Source: Candidatus Heimdallarchaeota archaeon
GTDB lineage: Archaea > Asgardarchaeota > Heimdallarchaeia > Heimdallarchaeales > Heimdallarchaeaceae
DNA: 63,686 bases
Reading direction: 5' to 3'
Assembly (NCBI GenBank): GCA_030603365.1
Contig: JAUVXV010000017.1
Span: 1 to 63,686 of the forward strand
This document shows, in pieces, positions 10,494-20,742 of this stretch. Position 1 is the stretch's first letter, and each line of letters begins with the position of its first letter. The position numbers and the translations under genes were made by a program. Under the pieces are notes generated by a model. The model had not been told where the DNA came from. It saw nothing but the letters and a program-made list of their open reading frames with translations, and did not search any database.

Positions 10494-10593
10494 ACAAAAT
10501 GACGAAAGATGATTATTAAAAACATCGATGAGGGTAATGGAGTAAGAAAAAATAAGTTCTGACTTACACAAAAAGATAAAAAAGGAGGGGGAA

Positions 10594-11505
10594 TTACAGG
10601 AATTTTCTTATGAAATTCCATTGACGTTCTGTATCAGTTTTTAGTGCCTTAATTTCTTCTTCAGTAATTCCTCTGAATCTTCCTTGCAAACTTGTCCATT
10701 CAGTTATTGGAACACGATTCTCTACCACTTCATATTTCTTACTTGGAGTGCTAAGAACAACGTTATTAGTCATTCGATCCCATTCGAAAAGAGGCCAAAT
10801 ACCAGTTTGTACACCTAGTCGAGATATCTTCACTGAATGAGCAGATTCACATCGCCAATTGGGAGGACAGCTAATATCAATTTGAATAAATTTGAATCCA
10901 TCCAACGAGAGAGCTTTTTTGAATTTTCCAACAAAATCTTCAAGATAAGCAGCGCTTGCAGTTGCAACATATCGTGCATTGTTGGCCATCATAATAAATG
11001 GAACCATTTTTCTTGGTGTTGTGTTTCCTTCAGGAGTTGTAGTTGTGCGTGCACCTATCATAGTATCTCCACTTCGTTGTCCTCCAGTATTACCATACAC
11101 ATTATTGGAATACATGACATGAAGGATATTTTCTTGACGGTCGCATGCACCAATCTCTGTCGCAATTCCTATATCTGCAGCTGACCCATCTCCTCCCCAT
11201 ACTACAACTTTAAGGTTACTTTTTCCTTTCTTTTTCATTGCTCTGGAGATTCCTGAAGCAACGGCATCACTTGCAGCAAAAGCAGTGTTTACTGTTGGTA
11301 CATTGAAGGCTACTCCTTTTCCTGATCCTTGATATACACTTGCACAGCTTGCTGGAACAACTAGAATAACTTCATCAGCAATTGAACCAATTGCATGTCT
11401 AAAAGCCAAAGCTGAACCACAACCAGCACATGCGAAATGACCTTTCAATAGAGCTTTTTTGGGTGTTTTCATTAAATCTTTTTGAGTTACGGGCATTTCT
11501 TTCAC
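10594..11505 (-). CDS. porB: Pyruvate/2-ketoisovalerate:ferredoxin oxidoreductase beta subunit
   Basis: HFACAGCG, GGDG TPP motif, YGNTGGQRS, CP motif. Confidence 0.9.
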   Translation of the reverse strand: MKEMPVTQKDLMKTPKKALLKGHFACAGCGSALAFRHAIGSIADEVILVVPASCASVYQGSGKGVAFNVPTVNTAFAASDAVASGISRAMKKKGKSNLKVVVWGGDGSAADIGIATEIGACDRQENILHVMYSNNVYGNTGGQRSGDTMIGARTTTTPEGNTTPRKMVPFIMMANNARYVATASAAYLEDFVGKFKKALSLDGFKFIQIDISCPPNWRCESAHSVKISRLGVQTGIWPLFEWDRMTNNVVLSTPSKKYEVVENRVPITEWTSLQGRFRGITEEEIKALKTDTERQWNFIRKFL

Positions 11506-11506
11506 C

Positions 11507-12658
11507 TTATCCTTTTAACGATTCCTTTGCATCGTCCATAATTTTCGTATATGGCACATCTTCTCCACCTAACCCTCTTATTATTCCAATAACAGGAGTA
11601 TCAACTTTATTTCTTTTCAGAACAGCTTCTACTTCTATTCCTAGTTGACCTGCATGACCAAAACTTGCTGATCTATCAATGACTAACAGTTTGTGATTTT
11701 CCTTTGCAAATTCAACAATATCTTCTTCAGGAAATGGTCTGAAAGTTCTTACTCTGAGAGCATTGACATTTAGACCTTCTTCATTTAATCGGTCAACTGC
11801 TTCATGAGTTTCGTCACCTATGGTTCCTAATGAAACGATAGTTAAATCAGCCACATCATCTCCATAAGGTTCTACTAATCCATTACCATAAGATCTCCCA
11901 AATCTCTCTTCAAATTCCTTGTGAACACTAACGATTTTTTTCTTTGCTCGTTCCATTGCAACGATTAGATCTTTGCGGTTTTTACTATATTGTTCAGGAC
12001 CAGTCATTGCGCCAAAAGCCCAAGGATTATCAACATCTATCTCAATTATGGGATCACTATACGGTCCTATAAACTCGTAAGCATCTTCAGGAGTTGGTAA
12101 CTGAACTTGTCCAGAAGTATGACTGATAATAAAACCATCTAAACAAGGCATAGAAGGTAATGCAATATCTTTACTCTCTGAAATTTTAAAAGCTTGAAGA
12201 GTTGTATCAAAGACCTCTTGATTGTTCTTGGTATACATCTGTATCCAACCAGCATCTCTAAAAGCCATACTATCTTGAAAATCAGGCCAGATATTCCAGC
12301 CTGGAGCCAAACAACGATTAACAACTGGCATAATAATAGGAAGACGACCATAACCTGTCCAGAAGACATTTTCAGCCATATACAAGAGTCCTTGAGATGA
12401 AGTTGCTGTAAAAGTTCTAACCCCACTCCATGCTGCACCCATACATGCAGCTAGTGCTGAATGCTCGCTTTCAACTATTATGAATTCAGCATCTAATTTT
12501 CCCTCATCCACATATCGACTAAGATTTTCAACTATTGTCGTTTGAGGTGTTATTGGGTAGGCTGCTATTACTTCTGGCTTTGCATAAAGAGCTGCGTAAG
12601 AAGCTGCATCATTACCTGTCATTGTTTTAGTTTCGTGTTTTACGACCATTTTATTCAC
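11507..12658 (-). CDS. porA: Pyruvate/2-ketoisovalerate:ferredoxin oxidoreductase alpha subunit
   Basis: AAYPITPQT, ESEHSA, TATSSQGL, RPFP. Confidence 0.92.
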   Translation of the reverse strand: MNKMVVKHETKTMTGNDAASYAALYAKPEVIAAYPITPQTTIVENLSRYVDEGKLDAEFIIVESEHSALAACMGAAWSGVRTFTATSSQGLLYMAENVFWTGYGRLPIIMPVVNRCLAPGWNIWPDFQDSMAFRDAGWIQMYTKNNQEVFDTTLQAFKISESKDIALPSMPCLDGFIISHTSGQVQLPTPEDAYEFIGPYSDPIIEIDVDNPWAFGAMTGPEQYSKNRKDLIVAMERAKKKIVSVHKEFEERFGRSYGNGLVEPYGDDVADLTIVSLGTIGDETHEAVDRLNEEGLNVNALRVRTFRPFPEEDIVEFAKENHKLLVIDRSASFGHAGQLGIEVEAVLKRNKVDTPVIGIIRGLGGEDVPYTKIMDDAKESLKG

Positions 12659-12923
12659 CTTCGGGAATCATTGTTATTGCATCTTTAGGGCATTCTTCTG
12701 CACAGATCCCACAGCCTTTACAGTAATCGTAGTCAAAACTTATGATTTGATCCTTTTCTCTATCAGCTGGGTAAATTGCATTATCAGGACAGTATTTCCA
12801 GCAGATATTACATTTGATACACAATTCAGAATCAACGACAGGATAAAATGTTCTCCAATCACCAGTTTTTCCTGCAACGCCTTCTATTGGATATAATTTA
12901 GGTTGACTAGGTCCTTCCGTCAT
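12651..12923 (-). CDS. porD: 2-oxoacid:ferredoxin oxidoreductase delta subunit (2x[4Fe-4S])
   Basis: TGDWRT, CIKCNICWKYCP, DYCKGCGICAEECP. Confidence 0.92.
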   Translation of the reverse strand: MTEGPSQPKLYPIEGVAGKTGDWRTFYPVVDSELCIKCNICWKYCPDNAIYPADREKDQIISFDYDYCKGCGICAEECPKDAITMIPEGE

Positions 12924-13474
12924 GCTATCACCACTTTAGTTTCTTCATAAGCTCTTTTAGCAGCTTCCATATTCTTAGGAGCTCGTTTCTCTCCCCAATA
13001 ATTCTCAATGGCTTTTAGAAGATTGTCTAAACTTACGATTTCTGTACCTTTAACAAAAGCTCCAAGCATTGTCATATTTACCAAAGTAAATCCACTTAAA
13101 ATTAAACCTAATTCTCGAGATATTCGAGACGCATCAACCAAAGCTATTGTTCTTCCTGATCCTTTCAATGATTCTGGAACTTCATTAGAGTTAATTATTA
13201 TGACACCATCTTTATCCACTTTATCAACATCTATTCTATCTAACAAAGAAGCGTCTAGAACTAAAGCATGTTGAGGATAATAAACAGGACTGTGAACTCG
13301 TATAGGTTTTGTATCAAATCTTAAGTAAGCTTCAACAGCTGCTCCTCTTCTTTCTGACCCATATTTAGGAATAGCTTGAGCATCTAAACCCTCGTACATT
13401 GCTGCCTCAGCAAGGATTTTTGCTCCAGTCACTCCGCCTGAGCCACCACGGCTTATTTGAATAACTTCTATCAT
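12920..13474 (-). CDS. porG: 2-oxoacid:ferredoxin oxidoreductase gamma subunit
   Basis: RGGSGGVT, PKYGSERRGA, VNMTMLGA; start probably MIEV. Confidence 0.88.
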   Translation of the reverse strand: MIEVIQISRGGSGGVTGAKILAEAAMYEGLDAQAIPKYGSERRGAAVEAYLRFDTKPIRVHSPVYYPQHALVLDASLLDRIDVDKVDKDGVIIINSNEVPESLKGSGRTIALVDASRISRELGLILSGFTLVNMTMLGAFVKGTEIVSLDNLLKAIENYWGEKRAPKNMEAAKRAYEETKVVIA

Positions 13475-13577
13475 TAAATCTAACCTAATTCTTTCTGCTG
13501 TGTTTTTTTCGTTGCTCATTAAAATACTTTAGGTATAAACAAGTAATTGTTTAGAAAGAGAATACCTTAAAGAAACC

Positions 13578-14432
13578 CTAACCTGCTTTCACTGTTCTTA
13601 ATAGAGCTTCTAATCCTTCGTAAGTTTTAGTCTGAATTCCTTTTCCACACATTAGTCGAATTACATCAGATTCTATTTCTGTGAAAGGACCTACTCTTGT
13701 AATAACATCTACGTTTGCATCATGTCTTCGTTTTAATCCTGATAAACCTAGCATTACATTGGATCCATGAAATTCTATTACATCTAATCCTGCAAATCCC
13801 GCAATTTCTTGAGGAGTTGAAATACCTAGTTTAGTAATGTTTTCTTGAATAGCATATTTCCTAAGTAATAGAGCATTTACTTTTATTTCTACTACATTAT
13901 TAAAGATAGATTTCAGAATTTTTGGAATTAATTTGATTTTCTTATTTTTTGCAATTGGCCAATAAACCGCAACACCCATCGTTGGTAAAACTGAAAGGAT
14001 CATCAGAGAATCTATAGGTGATTTTAAAATTGATAAAAAGTCTGCATCTTTTGTTAAATTTACAGCATAGAGATAATGTAAAGGCGAAGAATTAATTTTT
14101 ACAAGTGAAGCTTTGCTTAATTCTAAATCTTGTTCTTGAGCAAGAATCTTGGCATTCTTGTGTAAATCATTTTTTAGTTTAGTGGATGTACCATATTTAG
14201 TAGAAGGAGTAAAATGATAAAATCGCTGAAATTCATTTGCAAAAAGATTTTTCATTGCTTTTATCCATAAATTTCTTGCCTTTGTTTGAGATATTTTATT
14301 CTCTTTCAGCTCTTTGAAAAAAAGCTTATGCAATGCTTCTTCGGTTTTATTTCTTACCGTGGTCGATAGGCTAGACTGAATGTCTTCTTTAGTTAAATAC
14401 GCAAAGAATGTTTCGTGAGACATTACGACCAC
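13578..14432 (-). CDS. Hypothetical protein
   Basis: Long ORF, normal codon usage, no recognised motif. Confidence 0.6.
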   Translation of the reverse strand: MVVMSHETFFAYLTKEDIQSSLSTTVRNKTEEALHKLFFKELKENKISQTKARNLWIKAMKNLFANEFQRFYHFTPSTKYGTSTKLKNDLHKNAKILAQEQDLELSKASLVKINSSPLHYLYAVNLTKDADFLSILKSPIDSLMILSVLPTMGVAVYWPIAKNKKIKLIPKILKSIFNNVVEIKVNALLLRKYAIQENITKLGISTPQEIAGFAGLDVIEFHGSNVMLGLSGLKRRHDANVDVITRVGPFTEIESDVIRLMCGKGIQTKTYEGLEALLRTVKAG

Positions 14433-14567
14433 TGTAAATTTAACAGACTACGATTCCTCTTAATCTTGTTGCTTTAGGGTTAACTTCTTATTTAACTTTT
14501 TCATCGTTTCCGGTCGTAAAACAGAGATATAAAATCAAAAAAAGATTGAATGAAAAGAGAGTCAAAT

Positions 14568-14792
14568 TTAGAATATGACATTGGATTTTAGTAGAATCAG
14601 CTGAAGAGCAAATGCTACTATAAGACTATTCAAAACTATGAATAAAGTGACCATTTTCCAATTCTTTCTTTGTGACATTTCAATGTAAAGAATAAACCAA
14701 GCTATACCAGCTAAAGCCAAAATTATGAACAAAACTAACAGGAATGTTAACCAACCACCAAACAACATTCCTTTATACGCTGCGAATACCAT
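14568..14792 (-). CDS. Small 2-TM membrane protein
   Basis: Two hydrophobic segments; co-oriented with neighbours. Confidence 0.6.
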   Translation of the reverse strand: MVFAAYKGMLFGGWLTFLLVLFIILALAGIAWFILYIEMSQRKNWKMVTLFIVLNSLIVAFALQLILLKSNVIF

Positions 14793-14857
14793 TTTCGTTC
14801 CTTCTAATCTGTTGTGCGAGTTTTCTTTATATGTTTAAAAATCTTTGCCATTTAGTC

Positions 14858-15253
14858 TTATTCCGGAATGAAGTAATCGTCTTTGATTTTGCCCTTGATA
14901 TTTTTCTTTTTCTGATACATTGGAATTATCTTCCTAATATTGTCAATAGCAAAACCTGTTCCTTCAGCTAATTCTGATATGCTGAATTTCTTTCCTGAAC
15001 TAACAGCATATTCAATTTTATACTTAGGTGTATCTTCTTCTTTGAACTCACCCTTAGTCTTTCCTTTAGCTCCTGTTTTAGATTTACCACAGCTTGGACA
15101 TGTCCATGTAGCCATTCGGGTGATGGTAACATTACCTTTTTTATCGGGCATTGGACTAACAAAATTCCATTCTTTATTAGTTGGTATATCTAGTGGTAAC
15201 CAAGTTTCTCCACATTTACACTTAATTGGTTTAACTTTAGCCATAACTCTCAT
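14858..15253 (-). CDS. Zn-ribbon (Cren7-like) plus HTH putative DNA-binding protein
   Basis: CKCG...KEWNFVSPMPDKKGNVTIT...CPSCGK, then FSISELAEGTG HTH; very basic. Confidence 0.55.
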   Translation of the reverse strand: MRVMAKVKPIKCKCGETWLPLDIPTNKEWNFVSPMPDKKGNVTITRMATWTCPSCGKSKTGAKGKTKGEFKEEDTPKYKIEYAVSSGKKFSISELAEGTGFAIDNIRKIIPMYQKKKNIKGKIKDDYFIPE

Positions 15254-15400
15254 CTCATTTTTAATCTCACAAAGTTAAAATCTTTTCGATGTGATTATTT
15301 TGCGTTTGTCATCTTCTGATTAAAAGCTAGTTTTATTAACTTCGAATTAACTACAGAATTAGAATTAATGAGGTTCAATTGATTAAGTTTAGTGAGAAAG

Positions 15401-16003
15401 ATGAAGGAATGCTTAGGTTGCTGGGAGGAAATTGAAGATGATCAAGAGATCTGTCATCATTGTGGTTCAAAGCAGGAAGAAGTCAAAGATTATCTTGCTT
15501 TAGTCTTATTGAAACAAAGTAAAAAGAAAATCGATGTTCCTAAAGAGTCACCTGTTTTAGAGTATGTCTCTAATGTTGATCCAACCATAGGAGAAACAAT
15601 TTCTACATCAATAAAGCCTTCAAAACCAAAAAAATCTAGATTCTTTCCAGCTTTGAATCAAAAAGCAGGGACCCAACAAGATGGAGTATATAGTCCCGAA
15701 CGTCCAGGTTGGTTAGCAAGACCACCAGATCAAAAAGACACTGATAATGAAAAACCAAAAGAATTAGTTGAACCAGATAAATCAAAATCAATTGAGAAAA
15801 AACCAAGAACCAAACCAAAAACTATAGCATGTCCAAAATGTTCGGAAGATGTGCCATTATTGCAATATTGCAAACTTTGTGGTCATAAACTACTTAGAAA
15901 CTGTCCCAAATGTAATAAGGAAATAGCTGTTACAGCTAAGTTTTGTACAGGATGCGGAACAAAAGTTGAACCATTTTTAGACAAGAAAGAAAATAATGAT
16001 TAG
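15401..16003 (+). CDS. Double zinc-ribbon domain protein
   Basis: Six CxxC pairs flanking a Pro/Lys-rich linker. Confidence 0.75.
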   Translation: MKECLGCWEEIEDDQEICHHCGSKQEEVKDYLALVLLKQSKKKIDVPKESPVLEYVSNVDPTIGETISTSIKPSKPKKSRFFPALNQKAGTQQDGVYSPERPGWLARPPDQKDTDNEKPKELVEPDKSKSIEKKPRTKPKTIACPKCSEDVPLLQYCKLCGHKLLRNCPKCNKEIAVTAKFCTGCGTKVEPFLDKKENND

Positions 16004-16046
16004 TAGTTTTACAGAAATCTAATTGTTCCACCCTATCCTTAAAGTG

Positions 16047-18656
16047 ATGAAGATGAAACTTCCAAAACCCTATGCAGCTATACTATTTAATTGGAACAAA
16101 CAGAAACGTTCAGTTGATATAATTTTCTTTGGATTAAGTAACAAAAAAGAGAGACAAGGTTTAGTTCACACTCGACTGCAATTTGTATATGAGAAAGAAA
16201 GAATAAGAGTCTATAAATATTTGAGACTCGGCAGAAGTACAAATTTCTATATAAGACCAGGATTCGCTACAGAGAATCTTAGGGATGCGAACTATCTTTT
16301 AGTTCCAGATACTGATTTGCCTTGGGATAATAAAGGATTAATTGAATACTGTACTACTTTCAAAATTTCAAAACCTAAAATTGCTCAGATTTGTTCTACA
16401 TGTTTATTCAAGAGAAATAAATGGACTGTCCTTGATTCAGAATCTATCAAATTTAAAGGTCATAGAATATGTGATTATTGCAGTAAATCAGAATTAACAG
16501 CTGAGTTACAAAAAAGCAATCTCTTCGTTTCTGGAGGAATAACTAAATTTTTCCAGCAACAAGCACAGAGAGAAGGACAATTAGATTATGTACTAGAAAA
16601 TATTTCATTTGGTTCTAATCAAGATCCTATAAGAAGACCTGATTCTACACTTTTTGATGTAATACCAGGAAAAAGGGTAGAGAATGTAATGAAAGTTAAT
16701 TCAATAGACAGAATTCCACGCAAGTTCAAAGAGCGATTAATTGCTACTGGAATCAAAACTTTATTGCCTGTACAAAAAGCTGCAATTGATAGAGGTTTAC
16801 TCTCAAACAAAGATTTACTTGTAGTTGCTGGGACTACTTCTGGAAAAACGTTGGTAGGTGAACTTGCTGGAATTCCTAATGCATTGAAAGGAAAAAAATT
16901 CGTTTACCTTTCTCCCTTAGTTGCTCTTACAAATCAAAAATATGAACAATTTAAGAAGAGGTATAAAGAACTAGGACTAAAAACTGCTATCAGAGTAGGA
17001 ATGAGTAGGATTAAGATTGAGGGAGAATTTAAACCGATTATAGATGATAATTTCAGAAATTCAAATATCATTGTAGCAACTTATGAAGCGTTTGATTATT
17101 TGCTACGCGATGGAAAAAAGCAGGATCTTGGAGACTTTGGTACAATAGTTGTTGATGAAGTCCAAATGCTTGTTGCTGAAGAAAGAGGATTCAGATTAAA
17201 TGGTTTAATAGCTAGGTTGAAGGCTTTATTTCCAAAAACTCAGTTTATTTATCTTTCAGCAACAATTGGTAATCCATTGGGATTAGCTGAAGAGTTATCT
17301 GCAGAATGTGTCGAATATCTAGATAGACCTATTCCATTAGAGAGACATACTATCCTTACGGAGAATGAAGCAGAAAGGTTTGATCATCTGTATAATATAT
17401 GTAAGAATGAGGAATCAGTTAGATCAAAAACTGGTTATAAAGGTCAGTGTTTAGTTTTTACTAATTCAAGAAAGAATTGTGAAAGACTCTCAAATAAGCT
17501 AAAGAAAAGAGGAATAAAATCAACTTATTATCATGCTGGATTAACATATATTCACAGGAAAAGGGTAGAGAAAGGTTTTGAAAAAGGGAAATTCTCATCT
17601 GTTGTTACAACGATAGCTCTTGGAGCTGGAGTAGACTTTCCTGCTTCTGTAGTGATATTTGAAAATCTAGCCATGGGTATTAAATGGCTTTCTGTTGCTG
17701 AATTTCATCAAATGCTTGGTCGAGCTGGTAGGTTGGGGTTCCACGATAAAGGAAAGGTCTATCTGTTAATTGAACCAGGTCGGAAAATTTTCGTGGGTCA
17801 AAAAGAAACTGAAGAACAAATAGCTTTTGATCTTCTAACTAAACCGATTGAAGATGTTGAACCTATCTTGGATACAATCGAAGAAGAGGAAGAAGTTCTT
17901 GCTACAATTGTTTCATATAATCAAGTAAATATTTCAGAGGACAAAATGATATTTGTGAATATTTTAGGTAGGACAAATCCTTTGAAAGAAAATGTGAAAT
18001 CACTTCGAAAGATGGGTATGATTGCAATAGAAAACAATAATATCAATCCTACTAAATTAGGAAAAGCTGTATCACTCTCTTTTCTCTCACCAGCTTACGC
18101 TTTAAGGCTAGTACAAGAAATAGAAAGAAAGAGAATGAAGGGTTATGAAAAGGAGTTTGCACTCACTTTAGCCATTAAGATTCAACCTTTCCGTTCAGCT
18201 CATCTGGCTCCCCGAGTTCATGGAGACATAGAACGAATTTTAAGAGCTACAGTTTCAACAAATATTTTTTCTGGTGCAATATTGGATCTATATACAGGAA
18301 ACAGCTGGGGTAGAAAAAGTCCTTCTAAGTTAGTAATTGACACTTTTAGCAACTGGGCTCAAAACATATTTACATGCAATTGTACTGATAAACCATTTTG
18401 TGACTGTGGAGAAATAGCTTTCTCGAAAATTATTGTTGATTATCGTCAGAAAGGATATTCACCAACTCGCATAGCTAGTAAAATCAGGAAAGAGTACGAC
18501 ATCATGACCTACCCTGGAGATCTTTATTCATGGCTTGATTCTTTGGTACACCACTTAAATGCAATAGAAAGATTTGCTAAGGTTTTAGAGGAAAACGATT
18601 TGCAAAAATCTGCCATTTCATTTACCAAAGACATAGAAAATCCTAAGATAGAGTAG
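16047..18656 (+). CDS. Archaeal superfamily II DEAD/DEAH helicase (COG1202-like) with C-terminal Cys-rich domain
   Basis: LLPVQ, GTTSGKT, DEVQ, LSAT, HAGL, QMLGRAGR, CNCTDKPFCDCG. Confidence 0.9.
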   Translation: MKMKLPKPYAAILFNWNKQKRSVDIIFFGLSNKKERQGLVHTRLQFVYEKERIRVYKYLRLGRSTNFYIRPGFATENLRDANYLLVPDTDLPWDNKGLIEYCTTFKISKPKIAQICSTCLFKRNKWTVLDSESIKFKGHRICDYCSKSELTAELQKSNLFVSGGITKFFQQQAQREGQLDYVLENISFGSNQDPIRRPDSTLFDVIPGKRVENVMKVNSIDRIPRKFKERLIATGIKTLLPVQKAAIDRGLLSNKDLLVVAGTTSGKTLVGELAGIPNALKGKKFVYLSPLVALTNQKYEQFKKRYKELGLKTAIRVGMSRIKIEGEFKPIIDDNFRNSNIIVATYEAFDYLLRDGKKQDLGDFGTIVVDEVQMLVAEERGFRLNGLIARLKALFPKTQFIYLSATIGNPLGLAEELSAECVEYLDRPIPLERHTILTENEAERFDHLYNICKNEESVRSKTGYKGQCLVFTNSRKNCERLSNKLKKRGIKSTYYHAGLTYIHRKRVEKGFEKGKFSSVVTTIALGAGVDFPASVVIFENLAMGIKWLSVAEFHQMLGRAGRLGFHDKGKVYLLIEPGRKIFVGQKETEEQIAFDLLTKPIEDVEPILDTIEEEEEVLATIVSYNQVNISEDKMIFVNILGRTNPLKENVKSLRKMGMIAIENNNINPTKLGKAVSLSFLSPAYALRLVQEIERKRMKGYEKEFALTLAIKIQPFRSAHLAPRVHGDIERILRATVSTNIFSGAILDLYTGNSWGRKSPSKLVIDTFSNWAQNIFTCNCTDKPFCDCGEIAFSKIIVDYRQKGYSPTRIASKIRKEYDIMTYPGDLYSWLDSLVHHLNAIERFAKVLEENDLQKSAISFTKDIENPKIE

Positions 18657-18660
18657 GATA

Positions 18661-19806
18661 TTGCTTTTTCGTCATATTTATCAATATCTTTACTTTTTCT
18701 ATATTCATCTAATGATTATGCGTAATATATTCAAAGTCGACGAAGATATGTCTTTATCTATAGAAGATTTAGTAATGGTAATAGTTGGAGCAGTAGTTTT
18801 CGTTTTAGCATTTACTGATGTTCGGTCGGATTCCAATATTGTCTGGATATCTTTTCTGGTTATAGTTTTCTTTATAATTGGATGGGGGCTTGTTAGATTC
18901 AGAAGAAGACCTTTACCAAAACAAGTACATTATAAGAGAAGCATATATCTTTTACCTGTTAAAATAATAAGAAATTATCATTTGTTTGCAATAATATTCG
19001 AATTTGCTCTAATCCTATTTCGTTACATTCCATTAACTAACAATGAAGTTCCAATTGCACTAGTTTTTCATTTTATTGCATTATTTGCTTTAATGCTGCT
19101 TGAATTTGCAGGTCATGTAACTGTTTCAGACACAATGGAAGTTCTCATTAAACTGGATGATGAAAGAGAAGAAGAATTCAAGAAGAAGAGAAATAAAATC
19201 CTTTTCAGTACAAACTTCTATATTTTCATCTCAATTACTGGTTTAATTAGCCTCGGTCTTTCTTATTTTCCTATTAGATCTCTAATTGATGTAGAGATTG
19301 TATCAATGAGAATAGTGTTGTTAGTGATGCAAGTAGTTGCTTTACTAGCTGGTATTGCCCTATTTATCTTCATTTTATATAGAATGATAAGTTTTGACAA
19401 GCTAGAAGATCCAAGTTTGATTCTTAAAGCAGTTGAATATTATGAATCAATGGAATTAAACCAAAAGGGTTTAGTTTTACTTAATGATTATATTGACAAA
19501 GATCCAATGAACGTAGCTATTCTATCTAAGCTCGCTCTCCTTTATACAAAAGAAGGGAATCACGATAAAGTATTGGAATGTACTGGCAAAGTTCTAGCAG
19601 AAACTGAAGAAAGGCAGATGAAAGCCCCTCATATGATTGCAAAAGCTCATTTACTTAGAGCTATTAGTCTGAAAGCTAAGGAGAAATATAAGGAAGCTTA
19701 TACTGAAGTCAATCAGTCACTCAAATACATTCCAGAGAATAACACTGCTAGGAAATTACGCAGAGATTTGAGGAGGACACTTAAAGCTAAAGAATCAGAA
19801 AGATAA
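18661..19806 (+). CDS. Multi-pass membrane protein with C-terminal TPRs (start uncertain)
   Basis: About 6 hydrophobic segments followed by TPR-like helices (AILSKLALLY, AHLLRAISL, YKEAY...PEN). Confidence 0.7.
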   Translation: MLFRHIYQYLYFFYIHLMIMRNIFKVDEDMSLSIEDLVMVIVGAVVFVLAFTDVRSDSNIVWISFLVIVFFIIGWGLVRFRRRPLPKQVHYKRSIYLLPVKIIRNYHLFAIIFEFALILFRYIPLTNNEVPIALVFHFIALFALMLLEFAGHVTVSDTMEVLIKLDDEREEEFKKKRNKILFSTNFYIFISITGLISLGLSYFPIRSLIDVEIVSMRIVLLVMQVVALLAGIALFIFILYRMISFDKLEDPSLILKAVEYYESMELNQKGLVLLNDYIDKDPMNVAILSKLALLYTKEGNHDKVLECTGKVLAETEERQMKAPHMIAKAHLLRAISLKAKEKYKEAYTEVNQSLKYIPENNTARKLRRDLRRTLKAKESER

Positions 19807-19863
19807 AACAGCTGTTTTCCTCCCTCAATAAATTTATATGATTTCAAAACCAGACATAGATAG

Positions 19864-20742
19864 ATGAAACTTTGCTCTATTGATACATCACTTAATGAAA
19901 AAGTGAAAGCTAAAACAATAGCTGGAACAATAAATCCAGATATTGCTCAAGTTAAAATCAATATAGTGAAGAAAAGAGGTCCTGGATTAGACAGGCAAAT
20001 ACTGGAAAAATCACATGTGTTATTTATAAGCTTACCACAGAAGAAAATTACACAGGAAGAGTATATTGAACTTATTTCATATATTGATATTGGTGGATGC
20101 TTGATATTAACTCTTCCTTCTCCTCCTTGGACAGATTTAGGTAGATTTTTCGAAGAATTTAGAAAAGAACTAGGAATCTCATTTGAGTCCAATTTTGTTT
20201 ATGGTCTTCCAAAAATCCCAATGGAAATAAGATTAATTGGTTCTGAGTTATCCATTACAAAAGCCCATGTCATAAAAGCACAAAATGATAAAATTTTCTT
20301 GAAAGAAAGTGGAATAAAAAAACACATATCACTAGCTTTGATGGATAATGAACCAGTCGTTTTAGCAGCTTATAAAAGAAGAGGAAGATTTGTGATCTTC
20401 AGTTCTCCTGAGATTTTTGCTAGCATAAATTCAGATTTTCTGAGTAGATTAGTTCTATTATCTAGCCAAAAAACAGATTATACTTTATCTATGGATAAAG
20501 AGAAACTACAAATTGGTTCTTCAAACTTCTTTTTGCTTCTTCAACATGCTTGTTTGGATAGCTATTTATTATCCTTGTACCATTATAATTTTATATTCCA
20601 CAAAGAAACGATAAATATAAGCACAGAAAACAATTTACTACAAAGAATCCATTCAATTATATTGAAACAAAAAGTAATAAGTGAAAGACCAGAACTAGAA
20701 GATATTCTAGAAGCTTTACAGAAGTTCAAAATTGAGAGTTGA
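19864..20742 (+). CDS. GATase-like/GIFT (IFT52/GldG-like) domain protein
   Basis: VLFISLPQKKITQEEYIELISYIDIGGCLIL, GRFVIFSSPEIF, N-x-x-F. Confidence 0.5.
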   Translation: MKLCSIDTSLNEKVKAKTIAGTINPDIAQVKINIVKKRGPGLDRQILEKSHVLFISLPQKKITQEEYIELISYIDIGGCLILTLPSPPWTDLGRFFEEFRKELGISFESNFVYGLPKIPMEIRLIGSELSITKAHVIKAQNDKIFLKESGIKKHISLALMDNEPVVLAAYKRRGRFVIFSSPEIFASINSDFLSRLVLLSSQKTDYTLSMDKEKLQIGSSNFFLLLQHACLDSYLLSLYHYNFIFHKETINISTENNLLQRIHSIILKQKVISERPELEDILEALQKFKIES

